Assembly (NCBI GenBank): GCA_951406725.2
Contig: OX597834.1
Location: forward strand, 18,538,001 to 18,602,000
Direction of reading: 5' to 3'
Length of the DNA: 64,000 nt
DNA from: Octopus vulgaris
Lineage: Eukaryota
Below, in pieces: positions 1 to 11,559 of this stretch (positions within the stretch are counted from its first letter, which is position 1; each line of letters begins with the position of its first letter). The notes under the pieces are model-generated. The model did not search any database. It saw nothing but the letters and a program-made list of their open reading frames with translations, and was not told the DNA's origin. A program made the translations under genes and the position numbers.

Positions 1-1077
1 AGGTAACTCAGGATGGCTTGTGATATTGTTTTATTATGGACTGGCTGAGTACTTGAGTCGATATGCATCGACACCTTCCTCTACAAAGAGAGGGCGTGCT
101 ACTTCAGCATGGTTGCAGTCAATAACCGAAACTAGGAAAAAGGATTGTTAATAATCTTAATATCTATGTTTAGTGTACTTGAAACCTCAAGTACTGCATT
201 GTTTAGTTCTTATTTGCAGCTGATTTTATGACGTAAGGTTCGTCTTATAAAGTAGGTTAGTGGGATAATTTTAAGACAAGTGTGTGGTTGTTTAATGGAC
301 AGAAAAAAAAAAAAATCAAAGATACGGATATAATTCATGCTGTTTCTGTTTTAATATAGATTAATAATATGGATTATTAGACAAGCCTATTGAAACCCCC
401 TTACAATATGTTTATATATTAATGATTCCTGCTGAAGTTAGTATGATAAAGCTAAAAGTCACATGGAGACCGTCTGTGTTTACTAAAATTTTATTTTGCA
501 TACCTTTTTTACAGCTGTTGGAACTAAGAAGTTGCAGCCACAGTCAGAATAAGAAGTTGAAGATAGGTTTGACCATAGAACAATTTTATTTCACCAGTTA
601 ATACAATGTTTCATCCCAGATTACCATCATTGTAACTTTTTTATTTATTTATTTTTTTTTTTACGTATATGTAGATATGTATTATACTTGTAAATATATA
701 TATATATATATATCTGGAAAATATTTAATAAATTTTGTTATTGAAAATTACTGAAGCCTTTGATGCAAATCTCAAATTTTTACAGAAAAAGAAAGCAGTT
801 GTGAATTGTCTTTTTATGCCTTTTGGAAAAGCATGAAAATCATTCTTTAACTTTTTTTTTAAAAACTTGGTGTTTGTAATACTGTTTCAGTGTTGATGTT
901 GTCATTGTTAGAGAGAAGAAAAAGCGAGAAAAACTGACGATAAGTAGTTAATTATTTACATAAGATTATTAAAAACAAAAGGAAAATTTACAGGAATGCT
1001 AGATTCAAATTGAATGTTGATATGAAGACATGAGATTAATACATAAAGATTTAATATGAAGATGATGTAGATGCTTT

Positions 1078-1232
1078 TCATTTCTTTGGTCTGAAGACAT
1101 TGTCCTCAAACTTGCCAAGTACATTTCCGGCTGGTCTGTAATTGGCCACCACAAAGTAGCTGCCGTCTTCAGCACAGCCTCTGCCAATACCCAACTCCTT
1201 GCTGCCCTTCCACACCACTTGGGTGAAATGAC
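1078..1232 (-). CDS. GLIPR2: GLIPR2/GAPR-1-like CAP protein, last coding exon
   Basis: Acceptor ttttcag, then (G)HFTQVVWKGSKELGIGRGCAEDGSYFVVANYRPAGNVLGKFEDNVFRPKK*. Contains the CAP signatures GHFTQVVW and VANY.PAGN. Phase 1 matches the previous exon. Confidence 0.93.
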
Positions 1233-1300
1233 CTGAAAAAAGAAAATCTTTTAGTAATCATAAATTCAAAAAAAAAATCATCCGAAGATGTTCTGTAAAA

Positions 1301-1660
1301 ATCATCATCGTTTAACGTCCGCTTTCCATGCTAGCATGGGTTGGACGGTTCAACTGGGGTCTGGCAAGCTCGAAGGCTGCACCAGGCCAGTCAGATCTGG
1401 CAGTGTTTCTACAGCTGGATGCCCTTCCTAACGCCAACCACTCCGAGAGTGTAGTGGGTGATTTTATGTGCCACCAACACAGGTGCCAGACGAGGCTGGC
1501 AGACGGCCAGGCTCGGATGGTGTTTTATGTGCCACCGACACAGGTGCCAGACGAGGCTGGCGAACGGCCACGCTCGGATATTGTTTGTTACGTGCCCACA
1601 GCATGGAGGCCAGTCGATGCGGTACTGGCTATGGTCACGTTCGGATGGTTTTCTTATGTT
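1301..1660 (-). mobile_element. SINE-like element (family C) with (GAT)n tail and internal 61-bp tandem duplication
   Basis: Minus strand ends GGACGTTAAACGATGATGAT and contains GTTGGCGTTAGGAAGGGCATCCAGCTGTAGAAA. A degenerate plus-strand copy lies near 29100-29270. Tandem units start at 1462 and 1523. Confidence 0.7.
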
Positions 1661-2781
1661 CTTCTAAATCTGTGATTCCCTACATGGGGCACATGCCCCA
1701 CCAGTAGGGCATAGTAATATTTTGGCGAGGCATGCGTAGTGTCTTGTTGATTTTGTACACAATAAGAGAAAGGGGACAATTCACAAATGAGTTACTAAAA
1801 GAAATTCCTTACATCCATTTTCTGGCCAATTTTATCAAATTTGACACTTTAGAGACATCAAATCAGCATGTCATAACCAAAAGATCTGATGTCTCTAAAG
1901 TGGAAATCATGTAATTGCAAACCTGTGTGTGGGGGGTATAGAACTGTACAAATGAGTTACTAAAAAAAAAAATTCTTTATATCCCTTCTACTCTTTTACT
2001 TGTTTCAGTCATTTGAATGTGGCCATGCTGGAGCACTGCCTTTTGTCAGTTACCTAGGACCTTATTGAGCTTAGATAATCTATTTAATCCTGTGGTTTAT
2101 CTCCTTAAAGTTCTAAATTCCAATCAATGTTTCATTGGTTCCATGCAATGGTGGTGAATAAAATGTCATGGCTGTGACCCACTTTTGCTTCTATTCTTTG
2201 TATGTGTGACGAAATCAATGAAAATAAATTAAGATTAATAGGCCACTCACATTCCAACCCCCTACCTCTCACTACCATAGCTACATAACCCCCACCACCA
2301 CCACCACCACCACCACACACATTCATGCACTTCTCTACTTGGAGAAGCAAACCTGTAGATTATACATACATTGCAATTTATATATAGCCTAAGATGGACT
2401 CTACCTGGGATACAAAACCAAGTGACTGATCGTAGGTCTGTTTCTACAGGGGTAACTTGGGGCTAAACAACATAAATATATCAACTTGCATATATGTATA
2501 TACACGTGTGTGTGTGGGGGGGGGGGAGAAAACACGTGTAGATTATAGAAATATAAACTTTTAAATATGCCTTTGCTATTTATAAAAAGTTGAAATCTCT
2601 ACAAGCAGTTTGGTCAGTAAAATTGTCTTTACATCAAGCGAAATGCCTGCAGTGTTTAGCTCTGACTGTTTACATTCTTAATTCAGATCCCACCTAGGTC
2701 AACATTACCTCTTTTCCTCCCAGGGCTGATAAAGTACCAATCAAGAAATGGAGTTGATTCCTCTAAATTATCTCAGATATA

Positions 2782-3170
2782 GGCACAGGAATGGCTGTGT
2801 GGTAAGAAGCTTGCTTACCAACCACATGGTTCTGGGTTCAGTCCCACTGCATGGCACCATGGGTAAGTGTCTTCTATAGCATTGGGCCAACCAAAGCCTT
2901 GTGAGTGGATTTGGTAGATGGAAACTGAAAGAAGCCTGTCATATTTATATATGTGTGTGTGTGTTTGTATTTGTGTGTCTGTGTTTGTCACCCCACCATC
3001 ACTTGACAACTAATAGTGTGTTTACATCCCTGTAACTTAGCAGTTTGGCAAAAGAGAGAAATAGAATAAGTACTAGGCTTACAAAGAATAAGTCCTGGGG
3101 TCGATTTGTTTGACTAAAGGTGGTGCTCCAGCATGGCTGAAGTCAAATGACTGAAACAAATAAAAGAATA
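2782..3170 (+). mobile_element. tRNA-derived SINE family A, full length
   Basis: A-box-like TGGCTGTGTGG and B-box-like GGTTCAGTCC head, internal (TA)/(TG) tract, tail GACTGAAACAAxTAAAAGA. Many copies in the window. Confidence 0.85.
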
Positions 3171-3543
3171 TGGAGACCCGCTGAGGAAATTATGGCTGAA
3201 TCCCCATCTACAATCTGCAGGATGTGGCTGTTCCTCTTAAAACTCAAGTCTTTCACTTTTGTTGGAAAGTTGGCAGAGTTTTGAGTAACAAAATCAAAGT
3301 AATTGAGGTGGTGGGATGGGTCTATAAATAATCAACTATACCCAAACCTTAAATATTAGGGCCTTGTAGTGCCTACATTCAAATCTGACCAAGGGTATCT
3401 TTGTGTTTTATCCTTTTTAGAGTCAATAAAATAAAAATACCAGTCAAATATTGATATAATCAACTGTACAACACCCCATAAAATCTGAAGCCTTTGTGCC
3501 TCTAAGCAAGGAAACAATATTAATTAAAAGAAAGGTGTCCTAC

Positions 3544-3621
3544 CTGTGCCAGAAGACATTCCACCTTGATCAAAATTATAGGATTTTATTTCATCGTACC
3601 AATTGTCTGTAGCATTTTGAC
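3544..3621 (-). CDS. GLIPR2: GLIPR2/GAPR-1-like CAP protein, internal coding exon (78 nt)
   Basis: tttcttcag|GTCAAAAT...GGCACAG|gtagga, encoding (G)QNATDNWYDEIKSYNFDQGGMSSGT(G). Has the CAP WYxE motif; phase 1-1. Confidence 0.92.
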
Positions 3622-3734
3622 CTGAAGAAATTAGAGAAAAATTATTTTCAACATTGATTTTAATGCAGACATTTATTAATATATTTGCTGGTGTATAAAA
3701 TGTGCTTTTCTGAGCCAGATACTATGCCTACGCT

Positions 3735-4865
3735 GACTTATTGAAGAATCAAAAGCATTTAATCGCGATCTTGCAACGGTGTTTGTAGACTTTTCTAAAG
3801 CGTTCGACTCTGTAGATAGATACAAGATGTTTGAAATCCTTAAGCTCTATGGGATACCAGACAAAATCATTTCTGCCATCAAGGTCCTCTACACAGATAC
3901 GTCTTCAACCATCCTAACCCCTGACGGAGAAACATCATCTTTCTCAATCAAAGCCGGAATACTGCAGGGAGACACACTCGCCCCTTTTCTCTTCATCATT
4001 GTCGTTGACTATGTGCTACGTATGTCAGTTGATACCATTTCTGGCAAGGGCTTTGAAATAAAACCAAGAAGAAGTTCCAGACACCCAGCTGAATACTTGA
4101 CAGACACTGACTTTGCTGACGACATTGCTCTTATCAGTGATTCTCCAATGCCCAGTCTCTTTTACAATCTCTCGAACAAGCCTCAAATTGTGTAGGTCTT
4201 TTCCTCAATGAGGCCAAGACTGAATATATAAACGAGTGCCTGTCCAACAGTGATTGCATCATCCATACTCTCAACAATGCGCCCTTAAATATAGTTTCTG
4301 ATTACAAATATCTTGGGTCATACATATCATCATCTGGAAAAGATTTTCTAACTAGAAAGGGTATGGCCTGGTCAGCCTGTAATGACATGCATAAGATCTA
4401 GTCATCAAATCTAAGTAGAGACTTCAAACTTGAAATCTTCAAAGCCACAGTCGAACCAATTCTACTATATGGCTCAGAAACCTAGATGTTATCAAAGAAG
4501 CTTGAGAGGCGGTTGGATGGAACCTACACTCGCCTCCTTATGAGAGCTCAAAATCTCTCGTGGAAGCGTCATCCAACCAAAATGCAAATATATGGGAAAC
4601 CACCTGTGTCATCTCTTGTGAAAGGTAGAAGAGTCCAGTTTGCTGGACATTGTTGTAGAGCTGAAAACGAGGCAATTTCTACTCTTCTCCTCTGGAAGCC
4701 ATCTGTTCACAATACGAGAGGGCGCACACTCTCCTACCCTGATGTAATCTCCAGAGATACAGGTATCCAGCAACAGAACCTCTGTAATGCTATGATGGAC
4801 CGTGAAGCCTGGCGTAGCATGGTAAATTCCATTGTCTCGACCACGGTCAAAACAATGATGATGAT
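3735..4865 (+). mobile_element. 5'-truncated RTE-clade LINE (reverse transcriptase pseudogene) in a GLIPR2 intron, antisense to the gene
   Basis: FVDFSKAFDS, GILQGDTLAPFLF, DFADD, YKYLGS and LLYGSET motifs, with a frameshift and stops; (ATG)n 3' tail. Confidence 0.92.
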
Positions 4866-5834
4866 TTCTGTTTATTTTTAAATGTATCAAAAAATTGCCC
4901 TGCATCTAATGCCGTATTACAGACAAGGGACCAAATATTGTAAGTTAGGGAACTAAACAAGCATAGGTTCACTAAGTGCAATAATTCTTAATATTAAAAT
5001 AAAGAAAACGAGTCAAAATATAGTTTCTGGGCACAAGCATAACATGAAATTGCTTACAATACACTGACATTTATATGGAGAAGTCGCATCATCTCGTTAT
5101 ACCTCCTTCGTCAGTATGCAAAACCTACAGCTGATATATGACATTATTTAATGGCTGTGTTACCTTTAAGAGGCATTTAAAAAAATTATCTAAATAGAAA
5201 ACCCTCCTTGAAAGCTGGAAAGAAGCTTAAACTTTCATCCATCTGTCAATTATTTGCAATGAGTGGATGACAGCAAAACCAAAACATTGGTGCTCCACCC
5301 AGGTGGTTGATTGTGGTAACACAAAACATCACAACCAGAAGTAGGAGTTTTACATCCGGTGTGGGAATTCTCTCGACCAAAATATAAACATTTATACAGC
5401 TGAACTGAAAAAAGATAAAGATGAAATGCAACATCCCCATAGTTTTCCCCTACAAACTTATTACCACACAGGCATGGATGCATAGTAAGAAGTTTGCTTC
5501 CCAACCACATGGTTCCAAGTTCAATCCCACACCACAATGAAGAGCTGTAATGGATGAATGGAAATATTTTAGAGAGAATATGTTCATAAAACCCCTTTAT
5601 CTGGATGATTTTTCAATTTAAAAAAAAATTTTTTTATTTTATCTAGTTTCAGCTCACGAGCTGTGGCCATGCTGGGGCACCGCCATGTGAACTTATTTTA
5701 TCATACAATCTTAATCATAGACTGTTTTTATTTATCCCTAAGCTCCCTCACTCCATTGGTCAAGGGCTCTGATTCTCCTAACTTTTGGGCTTAAAAAAAA
5801 AAAGACAAGTAAAGGCAAAATAGCAAACACTGAC

Positions 5835-6153
5835 CTGTCAGAACTTCCCCATCGGATGTCCATTTGTAAGCGACATTCTCACCAACACTTTCTCCGTTCA
5901 GCTTGCAAGGACTGTGTTTTAAGGTCTTAATGGAAGCCAGATGATCGGCCCACTTCTGAGCCATCTCACACAGATCTTTAGACATCTTCAAGGTTGGCAC
6001 ACCGTGTTTGGCACGGTAACGGTTATGGGCTTTCAAAGCTGAGTCTTCGAGTTCCTTCTTTTGTTTTGCAGGTGAAACTTTGGTATCTTTTTTCGTCTTG
6101 TCCTTGGAAGGCACCGCGGAGATGGTTTCTGTGCGTGAGTGAATACAACCCAT
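5835..6153 (-). CDS. GLIPR2: GLIPR2/GAPR-1-like CAP protein, first coding exon of the 183-aa form (exon acceptor at 6249)
   Basis: MGCIHS...ALKAHNRYRAKHGVPTLK...AQKWADHLA...LKHSP...GENVAY...LTG, donor CAG|gtcagt. The three exons sum to 552 nt (183 aa plus stop). Acceptor ttattttgcag at 6250-6251. Confidence 0.92.
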
Positions 6154-7893
6154 ATCGTAAGTAGGGGTCCTACGTTCAAAAAGGGATTTCGATTCCGAAT
6201 TGGGAACTTTCTTGATTGATACAACTTGATTTCCACTTGGGATGCAAAACTGCAAAATAAATACAAATTTATTTGTAATTGGTCAGAGTTTTGATGATGG
6301 TTAAACGGAATTAAAATGGTGTTTTGGTCATTTTGTCAGAACAACACTTTTTATTTTATTTTACATCATGGTAGATTTTGCGTAAACCATCCCCAACGTT
6401 TTGTAAGTTGCTCCCTGTATTCCACCTTCAACCGTTTCCCTTGTAGCACATAAAGAAATCATCGATGTTATTGTATGTTATTGTTGTCTGAGCTCGGATT
6501 AAAAACAGAAACGGTTGACCTTCACAGCTCCTCAGAGATTTTGCGAGATCATTACAATTGATGCTTTTGAACGAAGTTGACGACTGCAAGAAACAAACAA
6601 ACAAACACACACACACACACTTTGAAAGAACAGTTCGACCCAATAAGTGAGCAATGTGAATATTAACCATCAACGTAGGTCACCAACAAAGTAGAGAAAA
6701 GAAAATCAATTTCAGCATTCTGACTTTGAAATGAAAGTCAGACGGTAAACTTTCTACATAGCAATGAGATCGATATAGAAAGCTTAGTGAGAAATATTTG
6801 TCCACATATGGTTATTGTTGGCGTTTAGCCACAGGTCATCTGTCGAGCAGATCTATTCCAACTGTCGCCATCAGTTTGTTTTGGAGATTTACATGTTTGG
6901 AAGATTTGAGGGAGATTTAGTTGCTATTTTTAGCAAAGAGAACGACCTTGTAGAGGCTCCCTAGTTGGCTTGTCTGTTCACTGAATCAAAAGATCAAAAG
7001 TAGAGGCGTAGTTAGATGTTGTGCGACACAACATCTAACTTTTGAATTTACCGACTTCCCCCGAGACCCCAATCCCGTTCAGGCTTATTTAGTATATCGA
7101 AAAGGATCGCCCTTGTAAAGCGACGCCAAGGCGGACCGCACCTAACATCCCACTGCTATCGACGCTGCTGATCAAAAGTTACGATCATCCCGTCATAACT
7201 TGTGATTGCTCTAGATCAGTCGTTTTTGTTTTAAGTAACTCTTCTGTGATGAAAATGTTATGGAAGAGTTGTAGGCACTAGCATACGTTACTGGAGTTAA
7301 ACCTGTATAGGTTTGAGGGTCTGGGTTGAAGGGGCGGCACACACTTTTGCTACGTCACTGAAGATTTGTTGAATATTTTTTTAGCAGAAAATAGAGTGAG
7401 AACTTTGAAATCGCAATATGGATTTCCAAAATCGCAGTTGCATTATAGATTCGCAAAACTGCAGTAACAGCTGTTCCAGGTACAGACTACGAGAAACAGC
7501 AGTTATGGCCTGAAGACAAAGCAATAACAGTAGTTTATCACAGCAGCAGCTGCGTTAGCGCTTTGAATAGAAAAAGCAGATGTCTAATGAGAGCAACTGG
7601 AATGCCATCAATGGTTTAAAGAGGGAATCGTGATTTAATACTGAAAAACCATTAAATTCCCCGAGAGAATTAGTTAAACCTCGTTGAGATCAACGTCCAC
7701 TTTCGTGAATGTTATAATATAAATTAGTAAAACCTATAATCAGGCTAATGAGCTTGGAAACAAATGACAAATTATATAATACTAGGTTTCGGCAGATTTC
7801 TGAAATGGACAGATGGTCACGAATGGAGGGTGTGACTGTTTTGGACGCTGGTGATCTGAAACGGTTCACTGAACAATGAGCCTATATAGGAGA

Positions 7894-8082
7894 CAGGCCC
7901 GTCGCCAGACTTTGGTGTCTGGGAGTGCTTTAAAATGTTCTGGGTGGGCACTGATTTGTAATAATGCTCAAGTGGAGTTTCGAAATAAGGGTATCACTGT
8001 AAATCTGAGGGTGCAATCATTGAATAGTAGGGGGTGAGGTGCGGTGTCGTCAAGTGCACCCCACCCCTTAGCGACGTGTGTG
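7894..8082. mobile_element. Degenerate hAT-like MITE
   Basis: Termini CAGGCCCGTCGC and GCGACGTGTGTG are imperfect inverted repeats. No clear TSD. Confidence 0.4.
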
Positions 8083-8509
8083 GTTGGCAACAGTGCTTTT
8101 TGGCAATAGAGGCAAATATGCATGCGCGCAGAACTAGAGAATTGGAGGGGTGGGTACAGGGAATGAGAGAAACAAAACGTCTGATGTGAAATAAGCTAGC
8201 GTCGAATCAATGGCGTCAAAGAGGCTGCGCCGAAACGTCTCGTACAGCAAAAGTAAATGGTGTGATTAAAGAAATATTACGAAAAATACATTTTACTGCG
8301 TCGAAAACAAATATTCTAAAACCAATTTAGATATCCCACCGCTGTCACAATATAATTTTAAAGGCGGTGCTCCAGCATGGCCACAGTCAAATGACTGAAA
8401 CAAGTAAAAGATAATAAAAGATTATACTTGCTGCGGCCATCTACTTTTGTTTTCAAGAGAGAGAGAAAGGGAGATAGAGAAAGAGAACAGAAATACCAGC
8501 AAGAAGGTT

Positions 8510-8829
8510 AAAAGAGTAGTGAATGCCAAACTGGCACTCCGTCGGTTACGACGAGGGTTCCACTTGATCCGATCAACGGTACAGCCTGCTCGTGAAATTA
8601 ATGTGTAAGTGGCTGAGCACTCCACAGACACACACACCGTAGTTCTCACGGAGATTCATCGTGACAAGGCTGGCCCCTTTGAAATACAGGTACAACTCAT
8701 TTTTGCCAGCTGAGTGGACGGGAGCAACGTGAAATAAAATGTCTTGCTCAAGGACACAACGTGCTGGGTATCGAACTCGTGACCATACGATCACCAGCCA
8801 GATACGCTAATCACTAAGCCACGCGCCCT
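8510..8829 (-). mobile_element. tRNA-derived SINE family D (CORE-like)
   Basis: Minus-strand head GGGCGCGTGGCTTAGTG...GAGTTCGATACC, then GTGTCCTTGAGCAAGACA. Related copies at about 36085-36310 (+), 36380-36540 (-) and 30340-30670 (+). Confidence 0.7.
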
Positions 8830-9169
8830 CACAGTCAATACCAAAGGAAAGGGGTTAACATTTCGGACCCAGTCCGATGATCGGGAATGCGAATTTAACC
8901 TTTTAGTCTGTACTCTATATACATTCGCTGTACTCTGCCAAGTAAAGAGCATTAAGTACAGTAAGAAAGGGAACCTGCATCGCTGAATATGGATAAGTAT
9001 CTCGGAGGAAATTTCCATCAAAAACATCCACATACTCTGGTGTGGGCGTGGGGTGGCGGGGGATGATGTTGCGCCGGGTACGAATATGAAATGGGGTTTG
9101 GTTGTCATAGTAAGCTGTTGCCTCAATAACGCATATCCCCCCACCACAAACGTAGTTTCCCCCACCCCC

Positions 9170-9392
9170 CCTCTCTCTCTGTTTCGCACACGAATTCAGC
9201 TCGTTCCAGTATGAAAAGTTTAAATCTTTTAATGTGGGTGGAGAGAGAGAGAAAGAGAGCGAGAGAGAAAGAGAGCGAGAGAGAAAGAGAGCGAGAGAAA
9301 GAGAGCGAGAGAAAGAGAGAGAGAAAGAAAGCGAGAGAGAGAAAGAGAGAGAGAAAGAAAGAGAGAGAGAAAGAGAGAGGAGGAGGGAGGGA
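9170..9392. repeat. Compound (GA)n microsatellite
   Basis: GA/GAAA/GAGC tract. Confidence 0.95.
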
Positions 9393-10011
9393 GACCGAGC
9401 AAACTCGAACAATTTCTCGAAGTATCAGAGCGAAACATTTCCTCCAGCTGTATGGCGAATGAATTTAAAAGATTCCATTTTATTTGTCGGAGTCGGTTAA
9501 ATGTAGCAAATCACTCATGAATCATAGCGAGGAGGGAGGGGAGGGGGAATGGGGCGAAGTAGGCTAATGTACTTAGGTATGAAGCGGGTAACCAGTGTTG
9601 AAGTATCTTGGTAAGAGGCGGGGGTGGGGCAGAGATTAACTCCCCCCTCCCGCCTCAGTGGGGTGTCATTTATATAACACCCGAATTAATGATAATTCCA
9701 TGTAATCTCCGAGAAACAGAGATAACAGGAACCCAGAGGAGCAACAGAATAAAACCTTTGCTTCAGTACATACATACACAGTTTGTTTTTATGTTCAATT
9801 ATAACCCTTTCTACTACAAAGTTGCTGTATAATGAAAAGCTGAAAATTTCCCCAAGATCATATCTCTAATATATATATGAGGAATCACGTTAAAGGTCGA
9901 TAAAATAAATACCAGTCAATGACTGAGTTGATTTTAAAATTCTATTTTCAATTCTTTGAAAGTTCGATGTCTTATACCGAAAACAATATCCGTTGACCAA
10001 TATTACATAAC

Positions 10012-10280
10012 TATTTCTTTATTACCCATTAACGGGCTACATAGAAGGGACAAAACAATCACGAATGATTAATACATAAATGTGTTTCTGGGGTCTGTTT
10101 AAAAATTGAATGATAAATAAAAGTTCGAATGATGAAACAATTACATTTAAACAAATTTACAAATGTAGTGGGGCGGGTCTACGGACCCCACGCTCCCCGC
10201 CACGACACTTAACCTTGTGTTTTTTTCCGGCCTATCTCGCAGTTGTGAGGGACCATTTATTCACCGCATTTTTCCACCTT
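10012..10280 (-). mobile_element. Putative LINE 3' UTR sharing the SINE-B long tail
   Basis: Homologous in opposite orientation to 57740-58006. The minus strand ends ...TGGGTAATAAAGAAATA, like SINE family B. Confidence 0.6.
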
Positions 10281-10769
10281 TCATTAAACACTTTCTTACT
10301 CAGACTCCTCCTCTCTAGTTCTATTTGCCTTTTCAGGTGGAATTTAAAATATTCCACCAGTCGTCGTCGAGAGAATTTGTAACGAAGTTTGGGGAGCAAT
10401 TCTTAATTTGTGTCAGTGAATCGTTCTCAACATTGATAGACTTTTCCCTGTCGTTTCAGGTGTTTTTAATATGAAACCCCGCACGATTTAAGTTATAAAT
10501 CCAGTCATTCAATAGGACAGAATGTGTTAAGATGTAGCCCAATATAAAGGTGAAATATAATCCATGAAACATCAATCAACTATCTAATCCTCAACTTAAA
10601 AATAATTACATTAAGGTTCATTATCAGTTGATGGATATCTCTGCTAACACAAAATTTAAGCACTTGATTCTATTAATCCTTAATGGTACGTAAATATCAA
10701 AACACTGTTATCACAGGGATTTTGGTTCCAAAACGCAATAACAAATGAACCAGTGATAAAAACGAATCA

Positions 10770-10985
10770 TCTCCATGCATTTCGGAAATGGAACGAATGG
10801 TAGATTCATTGACGCCAAACTTGCAGCCGACAGCGTCGAAGCTGCCACCATCGCATATTTCCTCAATCACTTCTACTTATTTTTTCTGTCGAGAATACAA
10901 TCGTCTGCGTCGTTCAGTAGGATCAAACGCCTTCCTATTGTTTTGGTTCACTAGTCCCTTGACGATAGGCAAAGTTGGTCATGGT
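10770..10985 (-). pseudogene. pogo/Tigger-type transposase N-terminal HTH remnant
   Basis: Minus-strand translation VEVIEEICDGGSFDAVGCKFGVNESTIRSI resembles the CENP-B/psq HTH. Disrupted by a stop. Confidence 0.55.
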
Positions 10986-11559
10986 GGACGCAGATGCACA
11001 ACCGTGGTGCAGTCTCAAACCACGGTTGAGAAAACACAAGCGATAGTCAATACATTCTGGGTAGCTGAGCATTGGGCGATCGCTGGGGAGCGTTTTTGCT
11101 GCTCAAGTAGAATCTTCGACTAATCGCCGACCCATGTTATCCCAAATCAATCCGTAATAAGCGTGACACGGCTCACAATTGTTATCCTGGATCAGTGATG
11201 AATGAGTAAGTGATAAAGTAAGCTACATATTGTATAGAAAAAAGCTGTAATATTAGCAGTAGCAAACGTACGCCAAGGACATTGCTAGTGAAAAGTCAGT
11301 TAATTTATATACATTCTGTTCTCGTAAATTATAACTGGTAAAATCGATTGTCTTGTCTAAGTGCCTTCTTGTTGCTGTTGCATTTGGATCAATTCACAAA
11401 TCTGTGCTTACAATCCTGTTTCAATTTCCAGTTGAGGTTCTTACTTTTGACTCGTGTAATTTTTTCTCAAACAGACGGTTTTGGCACGTTTCATGCAACG
11501 TGTGTTCTTTTCAGTCTTGAAATGAAATGCAAGCCAAGTAAATTGAATACTCAATAGCG

